This document shows positions 27,590 through 40,298 of a DNA stretch of 64,000 nt, in pieces; position 1 is the stretch's first letter, and each line of letters opens with the position of its first letter. The stretch covers positions 4,712,001 to 4,776,000 of the forward strand of contig JAWMAR010000069.1 in the NCBI GenBank assembly GCA_036785375.1, written 5' to 3'. The stretch comes from Leucoraja ocellata (taxonomy: Eukaryota). The notes beneath the pieces were generated by a model. It was not told where the DNA came from, ran no database searches, and saw only the letters and a list, made by a program, of their open reading frames with translations. The translations under genes and the position numbers were made by a program.

Positions 27590-27945
27590 GAAGAAATGTG
27601 TTTTACAACATCCATGGCTCTACTGCAGCCCAAAATGCTTCCACACTCAGTTAAATGTTTTTAAAGTGCTATCATTTTATTTATTTAGAAAATAAGATAG
27701 CCAATTGTGCATAGCAAGGTTCCATAAACAGCAATGTGATTATGAGCAGATTATTTGCTTAATGATGATACAAGGGATAAACGTTGGCCAGGACATTATT
27801 TGAATAATGCCATATGATTATTTTAACATCCACCTCCAGGGCTGAAAGGGCCTTTATTTAATGTCACATTTGTAAGTTGGGTACTCTGATAGTACGACTC
27901 TTCAATGTCTCATTGAATTATCAACCGAGGTCTTGTGTTGAAGCC
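27590..27945 (-). mobile_element. Ancient DeuSINE (SacSINE1/AmnSINE1-related) remnant
   Basis: AGCCAATTGTGCATAGCAAGGTTCCATAAACAGCAATGTGATTATGAGCAGA...GGGATAAACGTTGGCCAGGACA resembles the antisense Deu-domain as recalled. Confidence 0.7.
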
Positions 27946-27969
27946 GGCCATTATTAAAAGCTTGCTTCT

Positions 27970-28178
27970 CTAGTTTGTACATTCTCTCTGTGACCATGTG
28001 TGTTTTCTCCTGGTGCTCCGGTTTCCTCCCACACTTCAAAGGCGTACAAGTTTGTAGGTTGATTGGCTTTGGTAAAATTGTAAATTGTCCCCAGTGCTAG
28101 TGTACAGGTGATCACTGGTCCGTGCAGACTTGGTGGGCCGAAGGGCCTGTTTCCGTGCTGTATCTCTAAAGTCTAAAT
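27970..28178 (+). mobile_element. V-SINE, 5' truncated
   Basis: Match to the SINE consensus. Confidence 0.85.
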
Positions 28179-28514
28179 TTAAAAGATGATATTGTTTTGG
28201 AATCTATTGCATTGTAGGTGATTAATTCTCTGTCTGTATCTTTGGGGAGGGAAGGAATTGGTCAAGGTTTTTACCCCCACCTTCCATTTGAAATGTTTTG
28301 GTGGTCAATATAAATTTGCACATAAGGCAGGATTACTAGGAGGGCCAATAATTTCTTGATGTTTCTGTCTTTGGTAAGTACTATCCCGTTTCCAAAAGTC
28401 TCTTTCCTTTCCTTGAATCCTGTGCCTCATAGTTTTTTGTCCATCTTTGAAACAGATTCAAGTTAGAATCTGTCTATATTTCGTTTAGTTTCAAAGAAAC
28501 TTTTAGAAATGTTT

Positions 28515-28808
28515 TAGATAAGCAGAAACAAGCCCTTCGGCCCACCAAATCTGCACTGACCAGTGATCCTTGCACATTAACACAAGCCTACACACACACG
28601 CTTGGGAGAATTTACACTTATACCAAGCGAATTAACCTACAAACCTGCACGTCTTTGGAGTGTGGGAGGAAACCGAAGATCTTGGAGAAAACCCATGCGG
28701 TCACGGGGAGAACGTACAAACTCCGTACAGACAGCACCCATAGTTGGAATCGAACCTGCGTCTCAGGCGCTGCCAGGCAGCAACTCTACCTCTGCGTCAC
28801 CGTGCCGT
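28515..28808 (-). mobile_element. V-SINE
   Basis: Match to the SINE consensus. Confidence 0.9.
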
Positions 28809-29109
28809 GCGGTGGCATTATGACCTGCCCCATCTTCAGTCTCTGCAACAAACTCACGCCCAAAACAGTTGTCAAGTTTTAGTTGAGTTTCAGAAATACT
28901 GCATGAAAACAAGCCCTTTGGCCCACTGAGTCCATGCTGACCATCAATCACCCATTCACACTAGTTCAAGAGTAAAGGTTGTTTAATTGTCATGTGTACT
29001 GAAACGGAACAATGACATTCTTATTTGCAGCAGCACAACAAAGAGCACAACAGTGTTCAATAGATAACATAATAAAACAAACAGAAATATAGTTCAATAA
29101 ATAATTAAT

Positions 29110-29321
29110 TACTAGCAGATGCTAGTTTAAACCGAAGATAGACACAGAGAGCTGGAGTAACTCAGTGGGACAGGCAGCATCTCTGGAGAGAAGGAATAGG
29201 TGACGTTTTGTGTCGAGACCCTTCTTCAGTCTGAAGAAAGTTCTCGACCCGAAACGTCACTCATTCCTTCTCTCCAGAGATGCTGCCTGTCCCGCTGAGT
29301 TACTCCAACCTTTTGTGTCTA
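29110..29321. mobile_element. Palindromic Penelope mini-element with hammerhead motifs on both strands
   Basis: GACGTTTTGTGTCGAGACCCTTCTTCAG-T-CTGAAGAAAGTTCTCGACCCGAAACGTC at the centre of inverted arms. Confidence 0.8.
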
Positions 29322-30334
29322 GCCGGAGTGAGATGACAGCTTGGCCAGGGTGGTATAGGTATGTCATCCCACTTTCCAATCCACACCCTACACACCAGAG
29401 GGAACTTTGCACAGGCCAATTAACTTACAAACTCGCATGTCTTTGTGATGTGGGAGCAAACCTGAACAGCCGGAGGAATCCCACATGGTCACAGGAAGAA
29501 CGCACAAACTCCACATAGGCAGCACCCGAGGTCATGATCAAATCCGGGTCTGTGGAGCTGTGAGGCAGCAACACCACCAGCTGCGGCCTTCAGCTGCCTC
29601 CTAAGCCTGGCGATGATGGATTTGCATCTCCCCCTGAGAATGATAAAGGAATTTTTTAAGGCCATCACATGTACAAGTGTGACTGTTAGTCGCATATAAT
29701 ACCGAACTAAAGCCCTGTGCCAGATGGAAGGGCTTGAGAAGAAATTAACGTTGGTGTGGTCCATCACTACTATTCTATAATATGAAGAATTGAATTCTGG
29801 ACACTGGTCCTGCTACGATTTGGGTTTAGAGCATCAGGTGAGAATTTTAATTTTTTAATAATAAAAGAGAGAGGCTAAATAATGGCAAGGAAGACAATTG
29901 TGCGTTCCATAGCTTTAAGCACTTTTTCATTGAATGTCAGAGCGGCACAGCTACTGTGCTGGATGGACTAAGTCTGACGTTCATGGTTTCACTCACAGCT
30001 GTTAGCTTAAATTGCAGAAGCAGTTTACGAGGTTCTCACTTTAACAACTGCTGCAGGAGCTCCTGCAAACATTTGATATTCTCTGCGTATTGCAGTGTAG
30101 CAGCAGGTGTGAATAACATAAGAAATATGGTGCTTTTGGTTATTTGCTGCTTGAGTGGCGCCTGCAAAAAGCAGGGTGACAGTGGCACCCACTGGGCCTT
30201 CCCCACATCCAATCTCTCAATTGTCAACCCTCGCTCTTTTTGAGTTCCATTTTAAGCTCTGACATCTTATTAAATCCAGACTTGTGCTCTTTTAGATTCC
30301 CGTGTCCACCCTGTTCTGTCCCTGTGTCTATCCT

Positions 30335-30640
30335 TGGACGGCAGTGGCTCAGCGGTAGAAATGCTGCTTTATAGCTCCAGAGGCCCAGGTTCGATCCTGA
30401 CTATGGTTGCTGTCTGTACGGAGTTTGTACGTTCTCCCTGTGACCGCATTGGTTTTCTACGTGTGCTCCGGTTTCCTCCTGCACTCCAAAGATGTACAGG
30501 TTTGTTGGTTAATTGGCTCTGTGAAGTTGTAAAAAAAATGTCCCCTATGTGTAGGATTGTGTTGGTGAATGGAGTGATCACTGGTTGGAGTGGACTTCGT
30601 GAGCCAAAGGGCCTGTTTCAGCACTGTATCTCCAAAGTCA
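30335..30640 (+). mobile_element. V-SINE
   Basis: Match to the SINE consensus. Confidence 0.85.
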
Positions 30641-31169
30641 CTTTCCTATGGCAACTTTCAGTTTTATTGCTGTCATACTAGACTGATCCTGATTGATAGT
30701 CAAATTGGAGATATTAAATTTGAGAGGCAAAACAGTACATTCACAATAGGTAGACATAAAATGCTGGAGTAACTCAGCAGGACAGGCAGCATCGCTGGAG
30801 AGAAGGAATGGGTGACGTTTCGGGTCGAGACCCTCCTTCAGGCTATCTTCGATTTAAACCAGCATCTGCAGTTCTTTCCTGCACATTCCCTCTATACTTT
30901 GTTCATTCAACTATCAGCCCACACGCCTCATGTTTACTCTCCCTGTCTCCTTGATCTTCTCCAGCAGATCAAACCAGATGCCAACTATTGTTGTGTGGAA
31001 AAAATTACCTCTCTAATCCCCTTTAAATCACCTTCCTCTTGCATGAGAGCTGTGCCCTCTAGTTTTAGACATCAGTGCCATGGGATACAGACTATGCCTT
31101 ACTACCTGTCTATGCCTCACAAAATGTATTTATCTTTGTCATGTCATCTCCTTTGTTCAGGGAAAGTGG

Positions 31170-31645
31170 ACTTTAGACTTTTACACTTTATAGATACAGC
31201 AGAGAAACAGGCCCTTCGTCTCACCTCGTCTCACTTCATCTGCATCTGTTAGTGTTCTGTTTACATTTGATTAACTAGGTGGGATGTTTATAGGCAGTTT
31301 GAAGTTAAAGACAGGGGATATGGGGAGAAGGCAGGAACGGGGTACTGATTGGGGATGAATGGCGGCGCTGGCTCGAAGGGCTGAATGGCCTACTCCTGCA
31401 CCTATTGTCTATTGTCCATTGAGTCCGCGTCGACCAGCAAATCACCCAGTACACTACCTGTGCCCCACGTAAACAAACCTACAAAGTCTTTGGAGTGTTG
31501 GAAGAATGCAGAACCCCTGGAGAAAACCCACATGGTCACAGGGCGAGCGTCCAAACTCCATATAGATAGCCCCTGCAATCAGGATCGAACCCGGGTCAGT
31601 GGTGCTGCAAGGCAGCAACTCTACTGCTGCACCATTGTGCCGCCC
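31170..31645 (-). mobile_element. V-SINE interrupted by a plus-strand CR1 tail with templated 5' filler
   Basis: SINE halves at 31170-31225 and 31416-31645; CR1 tail at 31308-31415. Confidence 0.75.
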
Positions 31646-31689
31646 AAGTCAACCCAGTATATACAATGTTTTCTTATTACTCAAGATCT

Positions 31690-32520
31690 TCAATCCAGGC
31701 AACAAACTTGTGAACCTTTCCTCTCTAGCTTTTCTCTCGTCTTTCCATTTTTAGTATGAATGTAATATGACATCCCAACTATCAATGCTCTGACTGATGA
31801 TGGCAAATATGCTGTATGCTGCCTTCACCCCCTGTCTACTTGTGTTGTCACTTCCACTATGTACCTGTATCCCAAGGTCTTTCTCTTCAACATCATGCCC
31901 CACTGTGCATGTCCTGCCCTGATTTAACATACAAACATGCATTACTTGCACTAGTCGGAGTTAAATTATATCAGTCATTCCCTTACTTGTTCATCTATAG
32001 CCCCTTGGAATCTAAGATAACATTTTTACTGTCCACTATACCACCAATTGTGTTGTCATCTGCAAAGTTACCGCCATTTTCGTCAAAATCATTAACAGAT
32101 AAGACAAACATCAGTGGACCCTGTGCTGGTCCCTGCAGCACTCCACTTATCGTAAGCCTCAAAACAGAGTAACAGCCTCAGTTATCACTCTCTGCCTCCT
32201 TCCAACAAGCCAAGTTTGTATCCAAATGGCTCGCTCACCCTGGATTCTGTGTTTAAACCTTTGGTTGCCCACCATGGGGACCTTGTCAGAGGTTCCATGT
32301 GGATAATATTTATCACCCTGGCCTCATAAATGTTCTTGGTCACCTCTACATAAACAGAACTCAATCACATTTGAGAGACGTGTTTGATCATTCATAAAGC
32401 CAGGCTGACTATCCCCAATCAAATTGCAAATAAATCCTGTCTCTCGCTACCTTCCATTCTACTTATTGAACTATCTTCCAGGAACTTCCCCACTGCATGC
32501 TCTAAGGTTCCCTAATATTG
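31690..32520 (-). mobile_element. Degenerate CR1 RT fragment
   Basis: Minus strand gives GVLQGPAQGPLMFV, FADDNTIGG and EKDLGIQVH motifs. Confidence 0.75.
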
Positions 32521-32587
32521 CTGGCTTTGCCCTTTACTCTTGCAAGAACATGCTGGTCCTGAACTCTTCCTATCTCACTTTTGAAAG

Positions 32588-32925
32588 CTATGGAGTCTGT
32601 ACGATTTCCCCATGACTGCGGGGGTTTTCTCCAGGTGCTCCGGTTTCCTCCCAGAATCCAAGGACGTGCAGGTTTGTAGCTGGTGTAGGAAGGATGTTGG
32701 TTCACACCAAAGGTAGACATTCAGCTGGCAGCATCTCTGGAGAAAATAAATGGGTGATGTTTCAGGTTGAGACCCTTCTTCAGGTTTGTAAGTGCGAAAT
32801 TGTCCATTAAAAAAAATTGTTCCACGTGTGTAGGATAGTGGTAGTGTACAGGGCGATCGCTGGTAGGTGCGGACGTGCTGGGCTGAAGGGCCTGTTTCCG
32901 TGCAGTATCTCTAAAGTCTAAACTC
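32588..32925 (+). mobile_element. V-SINE with nested Penelope repeat
   Basis: Match to the SINE consensus; insert at about 32685-32783. Confidence 0.75.
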
Positions 32926-33663
32926 TTGTCACCATCACAAAGTGCTACAAAATGTACAGGAACAAAATGGCACTTCAAGCATTAAACAGTTAATCTGCAA
33001 GGCAGAACAACATGGGGACGGGGAAATTGGGGGTGGGTGGGGAGAGGAGCTTTTTTAACACCTTCAAGTATCTTGCTGTCTTAATTTATACCAATGTCGG
33101 GGACAGAGGGTGGCGGTTTGACTGGATGTGGGAGTTGGCAGGAGTCGAGGCTGGGGTTGTCTCTGCATCTGTTAGTGTTCTGTTTACATTTGATTTAACT
33201 AGGTGGGATGTTTATAGCCAGTTTGAAGTTATTTGCTGCTCGATTATTCAGATCTCAGTGCCGCAGTTAGATTTAATGAAAGCTGTATTCAGCCCACACA
33301 CAGCACTCTCCAAACCAGCCTCATTGTATAGGATTCTTGCTGCAAGATTAACACTGACTGACATGCTATCTTTTCAATAGCTCAAATTTAATTTTGGCTT
33401 CAGCACTCAATTATAATTCTTGGTTGGTGCTCTCAGATCGAGATTACTAATTTACAATAAGGGAGGCTGTGGCGGACAGTCTAGAAATGTGCGTGGCCTG
33501 TTGCCAGTGTGGTGTCCACGGGTTTGTGTGGGAAGGAACTACAGATGCTGGTTAATACACAATAGGATACAAAGTGCTGAAGTAACTCAGCAGGTCTGGT
33601 AGCACCTCTGCAGAACACGGACAGATAACGTTTCAGGTCGAGGGACTTCCTTGTTTCTGCCTT

Positions 33664-33987
33664 GGGCACTCACGGTGGCGCAGCGGTAGAGTTGTTGCCT
33701 TACAGCGAATGCAGCGCCAGAGACCAGGGTTCGACCCTGACTATGGGTGCTGTCTGTACGTAGTTTGTACATTCTCCCCGTGATCTGCGTTGGTTTTCTC
33801 CGCAATCTTCCGTTTCCTCCCACACTCCGAAGACGTACAGGTTTGTAGGTTAATTGGCTTGGTAAATGTTAAAATTGTCCCTAGTAGGTGTAGGAAAGTG
33901 TTAATGAGTGGGGATCGCTGGTCGGCGCGGACCCGGTGGGCCGAAGGGCCTGTTTCCGCGCTGTATCTCTAAACTCTTAACTAAACT
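33664..33987 (+). mobile_element. V-SINE, young subfamily (ACAGCGAATGCAGCGCC head variant)
   Basis: Intact A and B boxes with CpGs retained; the same head variant occurs at 63765-64000. Confidence 0.92.
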
Positions 33988-35002
33988 ATTCCTTATTTAT
34001 TCATGTGCTAGTCCCACTGCAGACAGGAAGCACTTTTGATATTGCAATGTGTAAGAAGGAACTGCAGATGCGGGTTTAAACCGAAGAAAGACACAAAATG
34101 CTGGAGTAACTCAGCGGGACAGGGAGCATCTCTGGAGAGAAGGAATGGGTGACGTTTCTGGTCGAGACCCTTCTTCATAGTTTGCCTCATCACAGACTTG
34201 TGCAGCACTGAATTTCCCACCAGTAGGCTCTTGAATAAAATGTTGGCTCACTGAGAATGAATCCCTCAATACTGTACAGGCCTCTGATAAATTGCTACTA
34301 AGTTGAACGCACAATGTGCAGAGTGCTCCAGGCAATGATGCGTTGGTGTTGGGGATGAAGGGGTGGTCTGTAGTGGCTGTCCCAGGGTGTCTTGGCACAT
34401 CTGCAGTTGAGCTTCACTGTCTAGACTGGCTCTGGCTGTTTCGATGTGTGAAAAATTGCCTTTTTCATGGGGGAGGTGGGGGAAAACAAGTGGGTGGAGC
34501 GGTCTTCCATGTGGGAGTCAGAACATTCACCAGATGGAACCGGAGAAAAGGGAAATGAGTAATAAATGATTTTATTCAGAGAAAAAAAGTATTTTGAGAA
34601 CAAGCCATTCTTCAGTCTAGTAAATGTTTAATTTGATTGATACAGATGTACCGATAGAGGTTTATTAAAGGGCTTCTGTATGATCGTGGCAGTCTTCCAG
34701 TTGAGCTGTTGAAGAAAACCTGCCCCTTTTTACTTCACTCTGAAACAGTGTTTTCCATTTAAAATAATGGAATAAGGGACTAATCAGATTAATAACCTTG
34801 AAGTAAATCTCCTTGGAGTCTACCCAGTCCCTGCGCTGTGAAACGACACCGCTCCAAAATAGGCCCGGGTGGAAAATGTACAATGAACTCAACCCTGAGC
34901 TGAATCAGAAACAACAAGGGCCCGCGACCTGAAACGTCACCTATCCTTTTTCCCCAGTGATGCTACTGGACCCGCTGAATTACTCTAGCACTTTGTGTCT
35001 TA

Positions 35003-35103
35003 AGGGCCTGTCCCACTTACGTGTCCTTGGCATGCAAATTACACGACCTTGTGGTCGCGTTGAGCCGCGACGGTCCCGCAAAGGTTGCGCGCGTTTTCAT
35101 GCA
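35003..35103. mobile_element. Harbinger MITE left end, truncated
   Basis: TTA followed by AGGGCCTGTCCCACTT. Confidence 0.65.
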
Positions 35104-35821
35104 AACTTAACACTTGCTGGACACCAGAGATAGATAAATTCTTGATTAGTACAGGTATCAGAGCTTATGGGGAGATGGCAGGAGAATGGGGTTAGGAAGG
35201 AGAGATAGATCAGCCATGATTGAATGGCGGAGTAGACTTGATGGACCGAATGGCTTAATTCTAGTATTCCTTATGACCTTATGACCTACACAGCCATCTG
35301 TTAAAGGCAATGAAAGAATTAGCATTTTAAGTGTCTGTAATAGAAGGATGTTTGAGGTTGTGACTCTGTGTCTGAAGAAGGGTCCGGGCCCAAAACACTA
35401 TCTATTTCTCTCCATAGTTGCAGCTTAATCACTGAGTTCCTTCAAAAGTTTGTTTTTTGTTCAGGATTCCAGAATCTTCCAGAGTCTCCATTTTAGGTGT
35501 CACCCATCTTCATAAGTTCTATAAGAGGGCTTGCTTAAGAAATACTGTTGTTTCTTTGTACTATTGCCATTGATATTAGTTTCAATTTTTTATTCCTTTG
35601 TGCACCACTACCCACTCAATCGCATTGGAGACCACTGGAGAGCCTCAGACTATCTTTCATCAGACTTTACTGGACTTCATCTTATTCCCTTTATCATGTA
35701 TTTGTACACTGTGGATGGCTCAATTGTAATCATGTACGAAAAGAATATATTCGAAGACACAAGGTATATGCTAGAATGTGCTTAATATGTAAATCAGCTC
35801 ACATACCGAAGAATGTTGCAT

Positions 35822-36110
35822 AGGTTAGTTTAGTTTAGTTTAGTTTAGAGATGCAGTGTGGAAACAGGCCTTTTGGCCCACCAGATCTGTGCCAACCAAT
35901 GATCTGTTAGTCCTGCTTTGCATCATACACACTTAGGCAATTTACAGAGTCCAATTAACCTACAATCCTGCACATCTTTGGGAGGAAATCTGAGCACCCA
36001 GAGTAAACCCACACGGTCACAGGAAGAACGTGCAAACGCCACAGTGACAGCACCCGAGGTCAGGATCGAACCCGGTCCTCTGGCGATGTAAGGCAGCAAC
36101 TCTACGACTG
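35822..36110 (-). mobile_element. V-SINE
   Basis: Match to the SINE consensus. Confidence 0.85.
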
Positions 36111-36170
36111 TGTAGGAAGGAACTGTAGATGCTGGTTTGAACCGAAGATAGATACAAAAAGCTGGAGTAA

Positions 36171-36477
36171 TGTGGCTGTCCCACTGTACCAGCTAATTCA
36201 AGAGTTATCCCGAGTTTCCCCTGATTCGAACTCGGAGAATTATGGTAATAGCTGCTCGTAGGTACTCGGGGCTCTCGTGGACATTTTTCAACATGTTGAA
36301 AAATCTTCACGAGCTTACCGCGTTTCCCGAGTACTTGCCGTTAGTGTTACGAGCCGCTAAGAGACGTCCCGAGCTCCGACGTACCCGCTACATACATTCT
36401 ATGTGCTTACCACGAGTTTGATTTTTTTTTAAACTCGGGAGAGCTCTTGAATTAGCTCATACAGTGGGACAGCCCCT
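36171..36477. mobile_element. Harbinger MITE inserted in a Penelope repeat
   Basis: TAA TSD at 36168-36170 and 36478-36480 splits GCTGGAGTAA|CTCAGCGGG; TIR GGCTGTCCCACTGTA; reverse-complement homologue at 49569-49862. Confidence 0.85.
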
Positions 36478-37117
36478 TAACTCAGCGGGACAGGCAGCAT
36501 CTCTGGAGAGAAGGAATGGGTGATGTTTCGGGTCTCAACCCGAAACATCACCCATTCCTTCTCTCCAGAAACTCTACCACTGGGTATATACAGTGCTTAT
36601 GCTGTATTTGCAATCTGCTGCTGAATTTAGAAACATATCAGCTATCATTCAGAGTATTCAACTGATCTAAAAATACTGCTGCACTACGTTGAAGAGAAAG
36701 GTTCTCATTTATCCCCTAATCAATGGTGCAGATGTTATCAGCTCACTCTTGCATTGTTGCTAGTGTGTAGTTGCTGTGTGTCAATTGACTGGCTTGTTTT
36801 TTCTATTATGGTTAAACACATGGATTTCTCACAGTTATGAGATACAAGTTCTTTCTTTGGTCAATTGATTTGAAAGGAGTCAAAATAACACAATTTCAAA
36901 AATTCAAACGTGGCATAAGGGTTTTTATTGCTATGTCCCCCGAAACAGAACAATCTTACATGCACCATAACAGGTTTGTAAACAGACTGAAGAAGGGTCT
37001 CGACCAGAAACGTCACCCATTCCTTCTCTCCTGAGATGCTGCCTGCCCGCTGAGTTACTCCAGCATTTTGTGTCTACCTTCGATTTAAACCAGCATCTGC
37101 AGTTCTTTCTAACACAC

Positions 37118-37620
37118 AGTGTTTGATAGCCTGATGGTTGTTGAGTAGAAGCTGTTCTTGAACCTGGACATAACAGTTTTCAGGCTCCTATATCTTCTTT
37201 CCGATGGAAGGAGTGAAATGAGCGCATGGCCAGGGTGATGTGGGTTCTTGATGATGCTGGCTGCCTTATTGAGGCAGCGCCTTCCGTGGTGGGGAGGTCA
37301 GTACCCGTGGTGGACCGCGCAATGTTCACCGCTTTTTGTTATCTCCTTAGTTCCTGAGAGTTCGAGTTGCCGAAGCAGACTGTGATGCAACCCGTCAATG
37401 TGCTTGCACCCGTACATCTGCAGAAGTTCAAGAGTATTCATTGTTAGACCAAATCTCCTCAATCTTCTAAGGAAGCAGAGGTGTTGATAGGGCTCTCTTT
37501 ACGACTGCATCAATGTGCTGCGTCCAAGGCAGATCTTCAGAGATATGCACGCCCAGGAACTTGTTGAACCTCTCCACCTCTGACCCATCGGTGAAGAGAG
37601 CTTTGTGGATCCTCAACAAA
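37118..37620 (-). mobile_element. Degenerate Rex1 fragment
   Basis: Minus strand gives VERFNKFLGVHISEDL and RFKNSFYSTTIRL remnants. Confidence 0.75.
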
Positions 37621-37881
37621 CAGAATAGTCGAGCATGGCCTGCTCTTGATAAGTCAGGGCTAGTTCTTCACTTTCCACACTTTTGGAAGGAAACCATTAA
37701 TTCGTCGGAATTCATCATTCTATCAGCTGATAGTTAACCTGCTTATTTCGTTGCTTTAATTATGGTGATTTCCACTTTCCTTTTTCGACATTCACCTCCT
37801 TGTAATATTATCTTCTCCTACAAGAAAATAAAACATTCAACATGCCCATCACTAAATCTCCCATTTATATTATAACCATTA

Positions 37882-38069
37882 GTTTAAGAAGGAACTGCAG
37901 ATGCTGGAAAATCGAAGGTAGACAAAAATGCTGGAGAAACTCAGCGGGTGCAGCAGCATCTATGGAGCGAAGGAAATAGGCAACGTTTCGGCACGAAACG
38001 TTGCCTATTTCCTTCGCTCCATAGATGCTGCTGCACCTGCTGAGTTTCTCCAGCATTTTTGCCTACCTT
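37882..38069. mobile_element. Near-perfect palindromic Penelope mini-element
   Basis: 76-bp arms at 37915-37990 and 37994-38069 with a 3-nt loop; TSD TTATATTATAACCATTA at 37865-37881 and 38068-38084. Confidence 0.85.
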
Positions 38070-38302
38070 ATATTATAACCATTATAATTTTCAAAGGGTT
38101 CACAGTACTTGTGACTATCTTTCCCTTAATTACAACAAAACATTTATTTCTATTCATACTCTCTTTCAGTAGCCCTTACCATCTATCTTATCATCTTTTG
38201 CTGTTCTTTGTTTTTCCACCACACACCAGGTTTTATGATCGTTTTTGCCTTTGGTTCTTAATCTGTTATCTATTTCTAAGTTCTCTCCGTTTTGCTTATT
38301 TC

Positions 38303-38597
38303 TTTAGTTTAGGTTAGAGATACAGCACGGAACCAGGCCCTTCGGCCCACCGAGTCGACACACAAACACCGTCCTACATATCCTACATACACTAGGGACA
38401 ATTTGTAATTTTACCAATTATGCCTACAAACCTGTACGTCTTTGGAGTGTTGTAGGAAACCGGAGCTCCTGGAGAAAACCCATACGGTCACGGGGAGAAC
38501 GTACAATCTCTATACAGACAGTACCCGAAGTCAGGATCGAACCCGGGTCTGGCGCTGTAAGGCAGCAACTCTACCACTGCGCCAATTGTGCCGCCCT
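38303..38597 (-). mobile_element. V-SINE
   Basis: Match to the SINE consensus. Confidence 0.88.
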
Positions 38598-39004
38598 TTC
38601 ATGTTGAATATTTTGTTGTAAAAATAATATAATAATAATAATAATAATAATAATATACTTTATTGTCATTGTAAACACATACAACAACATTTCAGGTGCG
38701 CTGCCCGAGTGGAGCTCCAACGTAACAGATAAATAATAACGACAATGGAAACAACAAAAAAGGCACGAAAAACGTTGTCAAATCAGAATGTGCAATATTT
38801 CACAATATTTTGTCAATAATTAATTGCCATCTCCTCTTCGTTCAGTGTTTGCTCAATCTTTTCTCTCTTCGTTACAATCTGGTTAATTTAGTTTCCAGGC
38901 CCGATAATATTACATTTATATTTCAATAAAGTCCAATAGATTGAAAGTATCACTGCATTTCATTCAATTGGATTACTGATTAATTGATTGGTTGGTTGAT
39001 TGCT

Positions 39005-39275
39005 TGAAAGATACACTGTGTGAAAAGATAGATTTTCACCCACGCCGGCCATCGATCACCCATTCGTACTAATTCTATGTCACCCCATTTTCATATCCAC
39101 ACTAGGGGAAATTTACACAGGCCAATCAACAAACCCGCGCGTCTTTTGGATGTGGGGGGGAAACCAGATCACCTGGAGGGGATCACGTGGTCACAGGGAG
39201 AACGTGCAAACTCCACACAGCCAGCACCCAAGGTCAGGAGTGAACCCAAGTCTCTGGCGTTGTGAGGCAGCAGCT
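39005..39275 (-). mobile_element. V-SINE
   Basis: Match to the SINE consensus. Confidence 0.8.
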
Positions 39276-39537
39276 CTTGTATCCTATGGTTTGTATTCCC
39301 ATGGGAATATGCTTCTATAATATATATGAATACAGGGAATTATCTATAGGGAATATATAGAACATGCAGTATATGCTTCTCTGATGTACAACACTCAATT
39401 ATTTTTAATATTTTTGGGGTGGGATCTGGGCATTATTTCCTGTGCCTAATTGCCCTTGGAAAGGTGGCATTGGGTTACCATGATGAACCACTGCAGACTT
39501 TCTATACTGCCCCTGTACGGTTGTTAACACAACAGAG

Positions 39538-39805
39538 TCATGCAGTGGTTACGTTACTGGTCTAGCAGCCTGTAACATGAATTTGAATCCCACCATGACA
39601 GCTGTGGAATTTAAGTTTGGATAACTAAAAAAATCTGTTATTAAAGCCAGTTGCAGTAATGTTACGAATAAAGCTCTTGCATTTTTTATTTTAAAAAACT
39701 GATGCGGTGCAGACTATTGTCTTTTGGGAAATGATATCTGTCAACCTTAGCTGATTTGGACTATATCTGACTCTAGTCTCATGAATGTGTTTGATTCTTG
39801 AATGT
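39538..39805 (+). mobile_element. Old tRNA-derived SINE of a second family
   Basis: TGCAGTGGTTACGTTACTGG...TTTGAATCCCACCATGACAGCTG head with degenerate A and B boxes; resembles a recalled shark SINE. Confidence 0.55.
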
Positions 39806-40042
39806 TTCTTGACTTTCATTCATATGCTACTGGAATGAATGTTGGTTGGATCTGACCATTGTGGGAGCAAGACTGTACCTATTTTGTCCTTGCCTGTCAC
39901 CTTCATATATTGGGTAGGAAGGAATTGCAGATGCATGTTTAAATCAAAGATAGACATAAAATGCTGGAGTAACTCAGCCTGATAGGCTCTGGAGAGAAGG
40001 CATGGGTGACGTTTCGGGTCGAGACCCTCCCTCAGTGAATAA

Positions 40043-40298
40043 AGGGCATGTCCCACTTTCACGACTTAATTCTTTCATCCCGACCATTTTTTTATTGGTG
40101 GACATTTTCTATCAGGCTGGAAAAAAAGTCCCGACTTACTTGATGCCACGAGTACCTACAGCTGGCCTAACGAGCTGCTACGGTATATCTACAAACTCCT
40201 ACGACCTCCTACGGACTCGTTACGAACATTCTGCGAGTTACTATAGGGGAAAACTCGGGAGAATTCGTGAATTACCTCGTGAAAGTGGGACAGGCCCT
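40043..40298. mobile_element. Harbinger MITE inside a Penelope repeat
   Basis: TIR AGGGCATGTCCCACTTTCACGA / TCGTGAAAGTGGGACAGGCCCT; TAA TSD at 40040-40042 and 40299-40301. Confidence 0.85.

Noticed and set aside
30180-30197. Possible CTCF site
   Set aside because: Only a partial match to the core motif and not supportable without a PWM score or ChIP data.
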